This document shows, piece after piece, positions 37,854-46,875 of a stretch of 64,000 nt of DNA. Source of the stretch: an uncultured Candidatus Pelagibacter sp. (GTDB lineage: Bacteria; Pseudomonadota; Alphaproteobacteria; Paracaedibacterales; CAIOTO01); assembly GCA_964415115.1 (NCBI GenBank), contig CAYPYB010000004.1, forward strand, positions 25,007 to 89,006. The letters run 5' to 3'. Below the pieces are notes generated by a model. It was given only the letters and a program-made list of their open reading frames with translations, made no database searches and was not told the origin of the DNA. The stretch's first letter is position 1, and each line of letters opens with the position of its first letter. The translations under genes were made by a program, and so were the position numbers.

Positions 37854-39350
37854 TTAAATTTTAAAACCTTTCAAATCCATCAATTTCACGATAGCATCTT
37901 TTAAATATTTAACCGTTCTATAACCATAACCATGGCCACCATGAGGTTCGTAAGTACCACCCAGACATTGATCATTACATAAAAGTTTACGATGCGAACC
38001 CGATGTTGTACGAATAACCCCACCTAAATGTTTCCATAAATTTTCAAAGCTCCGATAAGCTAAAGATCCAGAAAAAGGTGTTTGCATAATTTGATCAAAC
38101 GTCGATTTATGTACCCCTGTCAATCTAAAAACATCCCCTACCTTTTCATCTAATACTGGACAATCCCGTTTTTTTGATTGCTTAACATACGTTTGATAGC
38201 CACACGCAGTATCTTCTTGTTGTAAGAAAACGGAATCTTTACTTTCTTCAACATTTCCCTCAACAATTTCACTAGCTTTCGTTGCTAACTCATTATCTAC
38301 AGCACTGTCTTCTATGATTGCAGGCTCTCTGATTTCAACATCACTTTCAACATCTTTTTCTTCTATTATATTTTCGGCAACCGATATCTTTGGTTTAGAT
38401 TTTTTCTTTTTATTCTTTTTCGAAATCGACACTTCTGATAAGTCTAAAGATTTCAAATCATCGATCACAGAAACTGATGACGGAACAATATGATCTATTT
38501 TTTTAGGGTTAAATAGTGGATGATCTAAAGACTCTCTTTTGATCACAATCGTTGTATCGTTTTCTCTTAAAATGAACTTTCTGTACAAATCTAAATCTTG
38601 ATATTCTTCAATCGATTGATCTACATGCCCAAAATCATCTGCATTTTCAAAATTTTCATTTACTAAATGAGGCCATAAACCTACAGAAAATTGCAATAGT
38701 TTCTTGGTATGTAAAACTGATTTATTTTTTTCATCCCATAACTCAGTTTTCATCATATGGAATAATTTAAGAATACAATAATTAATTGTCTGGTAAAAAT
38801 CTTGGATCAAGCAATAGCATGTTAACTCAAAAGCACCAAGTCCTTCTTGATCTAATGCAGTAACATATTCTGGATACGTCGACTGTAAATAGCCAGCTTT
38901 TCTTGCACTTGATTGAAACAAAATTTTGTTATCTCTTCTTGTTTTCAAGAAATCAAATCGAGTCTCCAAAAAACCACCCAGCAAACCACAAAATGACCCT
39001 AAATAAAATAATTGACTACCTTTAGTCCTTTGATACAGATCTTTTAAAAGATCAATGGTCTGTATATATGATTGTGCATTGTTCGCATTGTTTTGCAATG
39101 AAGAACCAAGTGCTTCTCCCCCCATTTCTTCTAGTGCTTCTTGCATTTCATTACAGTGATCTCTATAAAGTGCTAGACGATTATTAATTTCATCAAATTG
39201 CCTACAAACTACAGACTCATCATATTTTAAAATAAATACAGGTTTAAAGAAATCCTGAAGTAATTGTGCATTACGATCTAATGAGGCATTGGCCATTTTG
39301 CTTGCACAAAACACGATAAGGCAAGTAATAATAATTTTATTTGAACGCAT
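37854..39350 (-). CDS. Secreted hypothetical protein with lysine-rich patch, acidic linker and HicA-like C-terminal domain
   Basis: 498 aa with a signal peptide (IIITCLIVFCASKMANASL) and a KKNKKKKSKPK patch. The C-terminal FENLWKHLGGVIRTTSGSHRKLL...YEPHGGHGYGYRTVKYLKDAIVKL follows the HicA/YcfA pattern (..L...G......GSH.......PH....G..k.I.k..). Confidence 0.55.
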   Translation of the reverse strand: MRSNKIIITCLIVFCASKMANASLDRNAQLLQDFFKPVFILKYDESVVCRQFDEINNRLALYRDHCNEMQEALEEMGGEALGSSLQNNANNAQSYIQTIDLLKDLYQRTKGSQLFYLGSFCGLLGGFLETRFDFLKTRRDNKILFQSSARKAGYLQSTYPEYVTALDQEGLGAFELTCYCLIQDFYQTINYCILKLFHMMKTELWDEKNKSVLHTKKLLQFSVGLWPHLVNENFENADDFGHVDQSIEEYQDLDLYRKFILRENDTTIVIKRESLDHPLFNPKKIDHIVPSSVSVIDDLKSLDLSEVSISKKNKKKKSKPKISVAENIIEEKDVESDVEIREPAIIEDSAVDNELATKASEIVEGNVEESKDSVFLQQEDTACGYQTYVKQSKKRDCPVLDEKVGDVFRLTGVHKSTFDQIMQTPFSGSLAYRSFENLWKHLGGVIRTTSGSHRKLLCNDQCLGGTYEPHGGHGYGYRTVKYLKDAIVKLMDLKGFKI

Positions 39351-39526
39351 AATAATATAAATTTTAATTTTTCATAAATTATAATATATAAAAATATAAA
39401 AATAAACATTCAAATTTAAAAAAAACACAAAATCAAATAAAAATATTAAGCTACCAGATTTAATTCATTTTGATTCTTGAAAAATTAAAGCTAAAATACC
39501 ATTATAAAATCAAATTTCTTAAAGCT

Positions 39527-40336
39527 ATGAAATTCTGTACTGTCGACGCTTTTACAAAAACACTATTTAAAGGGCACCCTGTTGCCGTTTGTGTTTTCGA
39601 CCAATTTCCACATGATGATTTCATGCGATCCATTGCACAAGAAGTCAATTTATCGGTAACATCTTTTCTTGTGCCGCTACAAACAAACCACTACGCTATT
39701 AAATGGTTTTCACATCGTGGTCGGGAACTGCATTCTTGTGGCCATGGCACATTAGCTGCAGCACATGTTTTGTGGACAGAAATGGAACGTGAAGTGAACG
39801 ATATTATTTATTTCGAAGGTTTTTCAGGCGTAATTAAAACATGGCGTTCTCATCCTGCTATCACTATCGATTTACCTGCCATGATTTCTCAACCAACGAC
39901 TATTCCTGATGGGCTGATCGATGCATTAAGTGCTTCGCCTGTATGCATTAATGAATGTAATTCTGACATTATTGTCGAACTATGTTCACCGCAAGATGTT
40001 TTTGATTTGAAACCTGATTTTTCATCCCTTTTTGAACTGGATATTCCCAAAGTTATTGTAACAGCTGAATCGGGTGGCAAAGAACCTTACGATTACGTAT
40101 CCCGCGTATTTAAACCTAAAAGCCATGAATTTGAAGAAAATATTTTTGCAGAAACCCATACCAAATTAGCCCCCTATTGGGTTGAAAAAATTGGTAAAAC
40201 AGAGCTTCGTGGACTTCATGCATCAAAACGAGGCGGTGGTTTTATAGCCGTTGTTCATAATAATGAACGCGTTTTACTAACAGGAGAAGCCGTTACAGCG
40301 TTTAGTGGGAAATTTGTAGGCTTAAGGACAGACTAA
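39527..40336 (+). CDS. PhzF-family isomerase-like protein
   Basis: MKFCTVDAFTKTLFKGHPVAVC is the typical PhzF/YddE N-terminus. The segments ELHSCGHGTLAAAHVL and GEAVTAFSGKF also fit. ATG 39527 is preferred over TTG 39470. Confidence 0.75.
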   Translation: MKFCTVDAFTKTLFKGHPVAVCVFDQFPHDDFMRSIAQEVNLSVTSFLVPLQTNHYAIKWFSHRGRELHSCGHGTLAAAHVLWTEMEREVNDIIYFEGFSGVIKTWRSHPAITIDLPAMISQPTTIPDGLIDALSASPVCINECNSDIIVELCSPQDVFDLKPDFSSLFELDIPKVIVTAESGGKEPYDYVSRVFKPKSHEFEENIFAETHTKLAPYWVEKIGKTELRGLHASKRGGGFIAVVHNNERVLLTGEAVTAFSGKFVGLRTD

Positions 40337-40424
40337 ATAATAGAGAGCATCATTGGATCTGTTAAAAAAGTATTAAGGATTAGAGCTTAAAATATTTTTA
40401 AGAACTATACCTTTTGATTGATCA

Positions 40425-41018
40425 ATGAAACTGAAATTTTTTCTGATTTGCTTATGCATATCGATTCCCAACCTTTCTTTTGCGTTGGGAAAATCCTTCA
40501 AAATGACACCTTATGATTTTCATAAAATCATAAGCAATAGTGCACAACGCTTTTTTCATTTAGGATTAAAGGGTGAAGTTTTAGAAAACGGTGTAATACA
40601 AAATGCAAAAGATTTTATGGATCGCCTTGCAATTACATTATCCAAACAATTTAAAATCACATCTTCTGAATCGGGATTAATTAATCTAAGTTTCAAAGAA
40701 TACCGTCGTGCTCTTTATATGGGGCAGTTATTAGGTATTTTATCCACCCACAGAGCACGAAAAGAACAAGAAGGTTTTGACCAACAGTTACTCAAAGTTA
40801 AAAGAGATAAAGAAGATTACATTGCCAATGCACAAAAATACGCGTTAAAAGACCAGGAAGAATATTTTGAAAAAAACAAAAAACTTTTAGGTGCTACCCC
40901 AGAAGAACGCGTTCGAAAAGCACCTCGACTTATGGAATACGCCGTTTGGGGTAACGAGGCCATTTTAACAGATGAAATGATTGAAAAATATCCTTCGGGT
41001 AGAGAATCTAATCCGTAA
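40425..41018 (+). CDS. Hypothetical secreted protein
   Basis: 197 aa with a signal peptide (FFLICLCISIPNLSFA). No family recognised. Confidence 0.45.
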   Translation: MKLKFFLICLCISIPNLSFALGKSFKMTPYDFHKIISNSAQRFFHLGLKGEVLENGVIQNAKDFMDRLAITLSKQFKITSSESGLINLSFKEYRRALYMGQLLGILSTHRARKEQEGFDQQLLKVKRDKEDYIANAQKYALKDQEEYFEKNKKLLGATPEERVRKAPRLMEYAVWGNEAILTDEMIEKYPSGRESNP

Positions 41019-41030
41019 AGTTAAGTGCGT

Positions 41031-41387
41031 CTAAGCTTGGTTTTTAATTCTTATGATTGAACAACCCACCATGGAGGCATTACTAATGGCACCAGGTTTA
41101 CCCACCTTTACCACAACTTTTTGACACAAAGGATGATTCAAACATATTGCAGCAATTTCTTCAGCTGCCATTTCCACAAGTTCGGTGTGTTTGTTTTCGA
41201 AATGGGTTTGAATGTTTTCAACCAAAGTTTTGTAGCATAAATAGTTTTTTTCAGACTTTTGAACATCTAAAAGGTTTTCATACAATGAACATTCAACACT
41301 GATTACACATTTCTGTGGTGTTATTTTTTCTTCCGGAAATACACCAATTCTAATATTTAAAACAAGTTGATCAATAAAAATAATCAT
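41031..41387 (-). CDS. folB: Dihydroneopterin aldolase
   Basis: About 118 aa. IFIDQLVLNIRIGVFPEEKITPQKCVISVEC is the FolB N-terminal pattern. The start could be 41396 (as in the ORF track) or 41387. Confidence 0.7.
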   Translation of the reverse strand: MIIFIDQLVLNIRIGVFPEEKITPQKCVISVECSLYENLLDVQKSEKNYLCYKTLVENIQTHFENKHTELVEMAAEEIAAICLNHPLCQKVVVKVGKPGAISNASMVGCSIIRIKNQA

Positions 41388-41520
41388 CACAAACACCTTT
41401 TATTTGAAAATTTAAATACAGTCAATATCATCATAATCACAAAAATATTGGCACTATTTTGATTCTATATTTGATCTTATTATGATAGCATAATTTTATG
41501 TATTATTTATTTTTTATACT

Positions 41521-42888
41521 ATGTCTGAAAATATGTCACACCAAATGGATTCCATCGAAACGTCAGATTTAACGAGCATCTCCCCCAAAACACTACATAA
41601 AAAACTTAATCTTGTGACGATGTCCTGGATCTCTATTTCTATAGCATGGTTGTTTTATTTATATGAATATATTTTAAGAGTTTCACCTGCTGTTATCAGC
41701 AACCAAATTATGACTGAATTTTCTGTTACAGCAACAGCTGTAGGTGCTATTTCGGGTGCATATTATTGGTCTTATGTCCCTCTTCAAATTCCTTGCGGTA
41801 TCATTGCAGACAGGTTGGGTGCACGAAAAGTTATTATCTTTTCATGCTTACTATGCATTTTAGGTTCTTTTGTTTTTTCATTATCCACGTCTTACACGAC
41901 GGCTGTATTTTCACGAATCCTTATGGGTGCAGGTTCTGCATGTGCTTATATATGCTGCAGCAAGGTTGCTGCTGAATGGTTTCATCCCCATAAATTTGCA
42001 ACATTAACAGCTATAACCATGTTTATGGGAACACTTGGGGCCAGCCTGAATACCGTTTTTGCCATTGTTGTTAAAGCCTTTGGTTGGCAACAAGCCTTTG
42101 TTATTTTTGCAGTTTTCGGGCTTCTTATTGTTGTTGCTGCTTGGGTATTGATGAAAGAAAAATCATCGATCATAACAGAGAATGATAATATTCAAATAAT
42201 GAAAAAGGCAGAATCAGATCAAAGCAAAAAAAGCTATTTTGAAGGCTTAAAAATAGTTATCAAAAGCAAAGACAATTGGCTGGTTGGTTTATATGGCTGT
42301 GTGATGTATCTTCCTTTATGCGCTTTTGCAGAATTATGGGGTGTTCCTTTTTTATGCAAAAAATACGGCATAACAGCAGAAGCTGCGGCACAAGCATGTG
42401 TTTGGGTGTTTTTAGGAATGGGTGTAGGTTGTATTGCTGCAGCGGCCATTTCTAATGCTATAAAATCACGTAAAAAAGTTTTATCGCGGTCCATCATTGC
42501 AACCTTCATAAGTTTTTGTATTATTTTTCACGTTGATAATCTTAGTTTCAGCGTGATGCAATTTGTTATGGCTTTTGCTGGTTTTGTATCAGGCGGTCAA
42601 ATTTTATATTTTACCGTGGCTAAAGAACAAACACCTTTGCAATACAGTGCCACAGCTGTAAGTTTTATTAATGCGCTTGTCATGTGTAGCGGAATCATTT
42701 TTCAACCTCTGCTTGGTAAAATTCTTGATCTAAGCTGGAAGGGTTTAAAAGCAAGTGATGGTGTCAGAGTTTATGAAATTACAGATTTTCAAAATGCCTT
42801 TAACGTTGTATTATTGGCCTTAATTATGGGGTGGATACTTATCCTCTTTGTAAAAGAAAGTTACCAAGATTCGAATAATACACTATAA
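41521..42888 (+). CDS. MFS transporter (paralogue 1 of a tandem pair)
   Basis: 455 aa with about 12 TM segments. It shares long colinear identity with the next gene (LYEYILRVSPAVISNQIMTEFSVT...YVPLQIPCGIIADRLGARK). Confidence 0.75.
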   Translation: MSENMSHQMDSIETSDLTSISPKTLHKKLNLVTMSWISISIAWLFYLYEYILRVSPAVISNQIMTEFSVTATAVGAISGAYYWSYVPLQIPCGIIADRLGARKVIIFSCLLCILGSFVFSLSTSYTTAVFSRILMGAGSACAYICCSKVAAEWFHPHKFATLTAITMFMGTLGASLNTVFAIVVKAFGWQQAFVIFAVFGLLIVVAAWVLMKEKSSIITENDNIQIMKKAESDQSKKSYFEGLKIVIKSKDNWLVGLYGCVMYLPLCAFAELWGVPFLCKKYGITAEAAAQACVWVFLGMGVGCIAAAAISNAIKSRKKVLSRSIIATFISFCIIFHVDNLSFSVMQFVMAFAGFVSGGQILYFTVAKEQTPLQYSATAVSFINALVMCSGIIFQPLLGKILDLSWKGLKASDGVRVYEITDFQNAFNVVLLALIMGWILILFVKESYQDSNNTL

Positions 42889-42926
42889 TTTAAATAAGAA
42901 AATATTAAAAAAAAGCGGGAGGCCAT

Positions 42927-44240
42927 GTGAATACAATGAGTAGAAAAATAGTTTCTGATGAAACCAACAGCTCCGAAAGTATAGTACATCATCATAGAAA
43001 TTCTTCTATGAAATGGTTCATATGGGGACTAACTGCCATTTTTTACTTGTATGAAACAATGTTACGTGTTTCGCCTTCCGTCATGACGCAACAACTGATG
43101 ACAGAATTTATTGTTACATCAACGTCATTAGGTGTTTTATCGTCCTTCTACTATTATTCCTATGTTCCCTTACAAATACCTTGTGGTCTATTGGTGGACC
43201 GTTTTGGAATACGCAAAATCCTCACCCTCTCCTGCTCGCTATGTATTATGGGAACATTAATGTTTTCACAAAGTGAAACCCTTATAGCTGCCCAAATAGG
43301 TCGTTTCTTACTCGGAGCAGGTTCAGCATGTGCCTTTATCAGCTGTTTAAAAGTTTCTTCAGATTGGTTTTTACCAACACAATTTGCTTTGATTGCAGGT
43401 CTAACGAATATGATGGGTACTTTTGGTGGATTAGCATCAGGTTATCCTTTAGCATCCATGATTAACGCATTTGGATGGAGAGAAACAAATTTTTATCTAG
43501 CCCTTGCAGGCGTACCTATTTTGACGTGCCTCTATTTCTTTTTAAAACAAAAAAAGCAAAATACCATTGCTTTTAGTAAACCACACTTCAAAGATAGTTT
43601 TTTTGCTGTTGCGAAGAATTCTCAAATTTGGCTATCAGGAATAATTGGTGGTTTCATGTATCTTCCCATCAGTGCATTTGCAGAACTATGGGGTGTTCCC
43701 TTTTTTATGTCTGCATATAACATTAATAATGAAGCAGCATCATCCATTAGTCACCTGATCTTTATTGGTATGGCCTTAGGAAGCCCTTTTGCAGCATGGA
43801 TGGTTAAGAAATTTAATTCTATCAAATTAGTTATGCTGTATTCATCCACCTTATGCGTCATATTTTTTGGAATAATTGCTTTGGCTGGTTATTTTCCACT
43901 ATCTGTTGCTTATGCTGTCGTTGCTTTTTCCGGTTTCTTGCTGGGTGGTCAAGTATTATGTTTTACACTTTCCAAAAATCATGCATCAGAGTCCATAAGT
44001 GCAACCGCAATTGGATTTACCAATGCGCTTGTCATGTTAAGTGGCATCATTTTTCAACCTCTGATGGGACATATTCTTGATATATTTTGGAATGGTCAAC
44101 TACACCAAAATGGTATGAGACTTTATGACATAACAGCTTATCGCATGTCAATCTTAACGATACCATTATGCTTTATGACAAACACAATTTTAATTTTCTT
44201 TGTAAAAGAAGCCCCTAAAAATTATGTTGGTCAAAAATAA
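42927..44240 (+). CDS. MFS transporter (paralogue 2 of a tandem pair)
   Basis: 437 aa. LYETMLRVSPSVMTQQLMTEFIVT...YVPLQIPCGLLVDRFGIRK. The start is GTG 42927 or ATG 42936. Confidence 0.75.
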   Translation: MNTMSRKIVSDETNSSESIVHHHRNSSMKWFIWGLTAIFYLYETMLRVSPSVMTQQLMTEFIVTSTSLGVLSSFYYYSYVPLQIPCGLLVDRFGIRKILTLSCSLCIMGTLMFSQSETLIAAQIGRFLLGAGSACAFISCLKVSSDWFLPTQFALIAGLTNMMGTFGGLASGYPLASMINAFGWRETNFYLALAGVPILTCLYFFLKQKKQNTIAFSKPHFKDSFFAVAKNSQIWLSGIIGGFMYLPISAFAELWGVPFFMSAYNINNEAASSISHLIFIGMALGSPFAAWMVKKFNSIKLVMLYSSTLCVIFFGIIALAGYFPLSVAYAVVAFSGFLLGGQVLCFTLSKNHASESISATAIGFTNALVMLSGIIFQPLMGHILDIFWNGQLHQNGMRLYDITAYRMSILTIPLCFMTNTILIFFVKEAPKNYVGQK

Positions 44241-44251
44241 ATACTATCGTT

Positions 44252-44953
44252 ATGAATGAAGCATCTCCATTACATGTTCTTGTTGTAGATGATGATAAGG
44301 CCATCAGGAATTTATTGGTTAGCTTTCTTAATCAAAACAACTTATCCGTCATTGGGGCACAATCATGTTCTGAAGCTCGGCATTTTATGAGCATACATAC
44401 CTTTGATGTTATCATTTTAGATATTATGATGCCTAAGGAAACAGGTTATGAATTTCTTAAAAGCTTAAGAACTCAAAATAACAATACTCCCGTCATATTG
44501 CTTTCAGCACTTGACCAGACACAAAATAAACTTGATGGCTTTGAATTCGGAGCTATGGACTACATAACTAAACCGTTCGAACCATTAGAATTATGCGCAA
44601 GGGTTAGAAATGTTGCACGATTTAATTATAGAATAGAGCAAGTAAAACAAAGCACTATGGTTCAATTTGGTGGATTTGAACTGGACCTTGAAAAACACAT
44701 TTTAACATACAATGGACAAGAAGTATCTCTGTCATCGACAGAGCTTGTATTTTTAAAAACTCTTGCTATTCGTATCAACGAACCCGTGTCGAGAGAAGAG
44801 CTATCTCAAAAAATTGCACACAAAGTGAGCGAACGCGCCGTGGATGTTCAAATTAATAGATTACGACATAAGATTAAAGGGATAGACGATTCCCATGAAT
44901 ATATTCAAACTTTTAGGCATTTAGGTTATGCTCTCAAAGGTCAATATTCTTAA
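44252..44953 (+). CDS. OmpR-family two-component response regulator (no cognate kinase in window)
   Basis: 233 aa. The receiver has all key residues (VVDDD, IILDIMMP, LLSAL, ITKPF). The winged-helix output contains LSSTELVFLKTLA...VDVQINRLRHKI...FRHLGYAL. Confidence 0.85.
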   Translation: MNEASPLHVLVVDDDKAIRNLLVSFLNQNNLSVIGAQSCSEARHFMSIHTFDVIILDIMMPKETGYEFLKSLRTQNNNTPVILLSALDQTQNKLDGFEFGAMDYITKPFEPLELCARVRNVARFNYRIEQVKQSTMVQFGGFELDLEKHILTYNGQEVSLSSTELVFLKTLAIRINEPVSREELSQKIAHKVSERAVDVQINRLRHKIKGIDDSHEYIQTFRHLGYALKGQYS

Positions 44954-45047
44954 AAAAATTACTTGATATTTATTTAATAAGATATTGTATTAATATATAT
45001 TCTATTCAAAATAATTATTTAAAAATGATCAACTGCCTTATACTTTC

Positions 45048-45767
45048 TTGCCTTCTTTTTTAAGTGCCTGCGCAAATAGAACGACATCCTCTCTTGACCT
45101 TAAACATAAGTCACGCGTTCAAAACGTTTCTGCTTATGTTGAAAGACCACAAAATTACATAACAGTTGAAGTCGCAGAATCTAAAGCTGCAGCTTATGTT
45201 GGTGGTCTCTGGATACTCTCTGTTTACGATGTTATTCAAAATTCAATCACTGAAGGCAATGCTGCAAAGCGAACACAATTGCTACAAGCCTTTTATATTG
45301 ATACAAAAGTCCAAAATCTCGTAAAAGATAAGCTGAATCAAAATGTTAATCAACAAAATTGGTTTAAATCTACACCATTAGAATTTAGCAATATGGACGA
45401 TTCCACCATAAAATCTATACTTGAAAAAAGCACTCAAGATGCCGTTATTTTCCATAAAATTGAATTTAGCCTTGCCGAAAAACTAGATATGCTTAAAGTA
45501 ACATTAAATGTACAAATGTATCCAACCCAAAAAAGTTCCCTAAAACTTATAGATAACAATGACCCATACAGCAAACCTTTGCTAGCTTTTACGATCCATT
45601 CAACCGCTCAGACATCGGACATAACAGATGATGCCGATGAAAATATTGGATCATGGGAATGGAACAACGGTGAAAATTTCAAATCTGCGATTAAAGGAAT
45701 TGTTGATGATATTATGAAAAAGTATCAATACATTTTAAACAATCCGGAAAAAACAGTAGAAAAATAA
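45048..45767 (+). CDS. Hypothetical lipoprotein whose signal peptide is separated from the body by a T6 homopolymer frameshift
   Basis: The ORF-track product begins MPSFLSAC (lipobox LSAC), with no h-region ahead of it. An ATG at 45025 encodes MINCLILSCLLF, then hits a stop at 45061. One extra T in the T6 run (45056-45061) would fuse them into MINCLILSCLLFLSAC. Confidence 0.55.
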   Translation: MPSFLSACANRTTSSLDLKHKSRVQNVSAYVERPQNYITVEVAESKAAAYVGGLWILSVYDVIQNSITEGNAAKRTQLLQAFYIDTKVQNLVKDKLNQNVNQQNWFKSTPLEFSNMDDSTIKSILEKSTQDAVIFHKIEFSLAEKLDMLKVTLNVQMYPTQKSSLKLIDNNDPYSKPLLAFTIHSTAQTSDITDDADENIGSWEWNNGENFKSAIKGIVDDIMKKYQYILNNPEKTVEK

Positions 45768-45841
45768 ATTTTTAAATTTACTTTTTTGAAACAAAATTCA
45801 TCTACAATATAAAATAATTCCAAAAATATTGTAGAATTTTT

Positions 45842-46774
45842 ATGTTAATAAACTGGATCATTTTTAGTATAACCATTGCTTTGCTTATCGTTTCAGATTT
45901 CTTATTTACAAGAAAATCGCATGGTAGGATTTCACTTAAAAAAACATTATACCTTAGCTTAATGTATGTGTGCATTGGCTTACTATATTCGGTTGTCATT
46001 TATTATCGTTTGGGAGCAGCGCATACATCTGAATATTTATCTGCATTTTTAGTTGAAAAAACGCTTTCTGTTGATAATCTTTTTGTGTTTTCCATCATTT
46101 TTTCTTACCTGAAAATTGCAGAAGAACATAAACATAAAATTCTCTTATTTGGTGTTATCGGCGTTATTGTTTTTAGGGGTATTTTTATCTTGTTGGGATC
46201 GACATTAATCGAAAGATTTGAATGGATCATGTATTTATTCTCTGTCTTTTTGATGATGATAGGTTTTAAAATGCTAACCTCAAAAGAAGAATCGAACAAC
46301 GATTTGAATAAAAAAATGTTTTCAAAACTTGAAAGATTCCTACCCACAAAATCAGATAGAGTCTACGGCAATCAATTTTTTATTAAAAACAAGAACAAGA
46401 AGTTTTCCTTGTCCCCCACCCCTCTATTTACATGTTTAGTGTTTATTGAATTAAGCGATGTGATTTTTGCTATCGACAGCATACCGGCCGTATTTTCCAT
46501 AACGTCTCACCCCTATATCGTTTTTACAAGTAATCTATTTGCCATATTAGGACTTCGGACTTTATATTTCTGTTTGGATCACATTTTAAATCTTTTCAAA
46601 TACCTGAAATATTCTTTGGGTGTTATCTTAATTTTCATTGGCTCAAAGATCTTTTTACCCCATTTATTAAACATCAAAAAGATTCCTCCTTTTTACACTC
46701 TCAGCATAACTGTTCTCATTCTTGCGATCGGTGTTTTAGCGTCACTTTATAAAAACAAAAAGTCCGCAACATGA
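45842..46774 (+). CDS. terC: TerC/Alx-family integral membrane protein
   Basis: 310 aa. EKTLSVDNLFVFSIIF and ELSDVIFAIDSIPAVF are the two TerC signature repeats. Confidence 0.8.
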   Translation: MLINWIIFSITIALLIVSDFLFTRKSHGRISLKKTLYLSLMYVCIGLLYSVVIYYRLGAAHTSEYLSAFLVEKTLSVDNLFVFSIIFSYLKIAEEHKHKILLFGVIGVIVFRGIFILLGSTLIERFEWIMYLFSVFLMMIGFKMLTSKEESNNDLNKKMFSKLERFLPTKSDRVYGNQFFIKNKNKKFSLSPTPLFTCLVFIELSDVIFAIDSIPAVFSITSHPYIVFTSNLFAILGLRTLYFCLDHILNLFKYLKYSLGVILIFIGSKIFLPHLLNIKKIPPFYTLSITVLILAIGVLASLYKNKKSAT

Positions 46775-46875
46775 AAACAACAGCCCATATTTTTCTTTGG
46801 TTCAACAACCTAATCTTAACTATTTAGCATTTATTTCCTTCCATAATTACCTTATGTCATTTAGAGAAAAAAATT

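Noticed and set aside
41448-41464. TGGCACTATTTTGATT upstream of the first MFS gene, as a possible second sigma-54 promoter
   Set aside because: The -24 element is good, but the -12 element reads TGAT and lacks the essential GC dinucleotide.
45768-45841. Mn-sensing yybP-ykoY riboswitch upstream of terC
   Set aside because: The leader is only about 74 nt. It contains a simple AT-rich hairpin, and none of the conserved G-rich core segments of that riboswitch are visible.
45802-45999. 65-aa minus-strand ORF overlapping the terC start
   Set aside because: It is antisense to the conserved TerC N-terminus and the upstream hairpin. There is no supporting signal.
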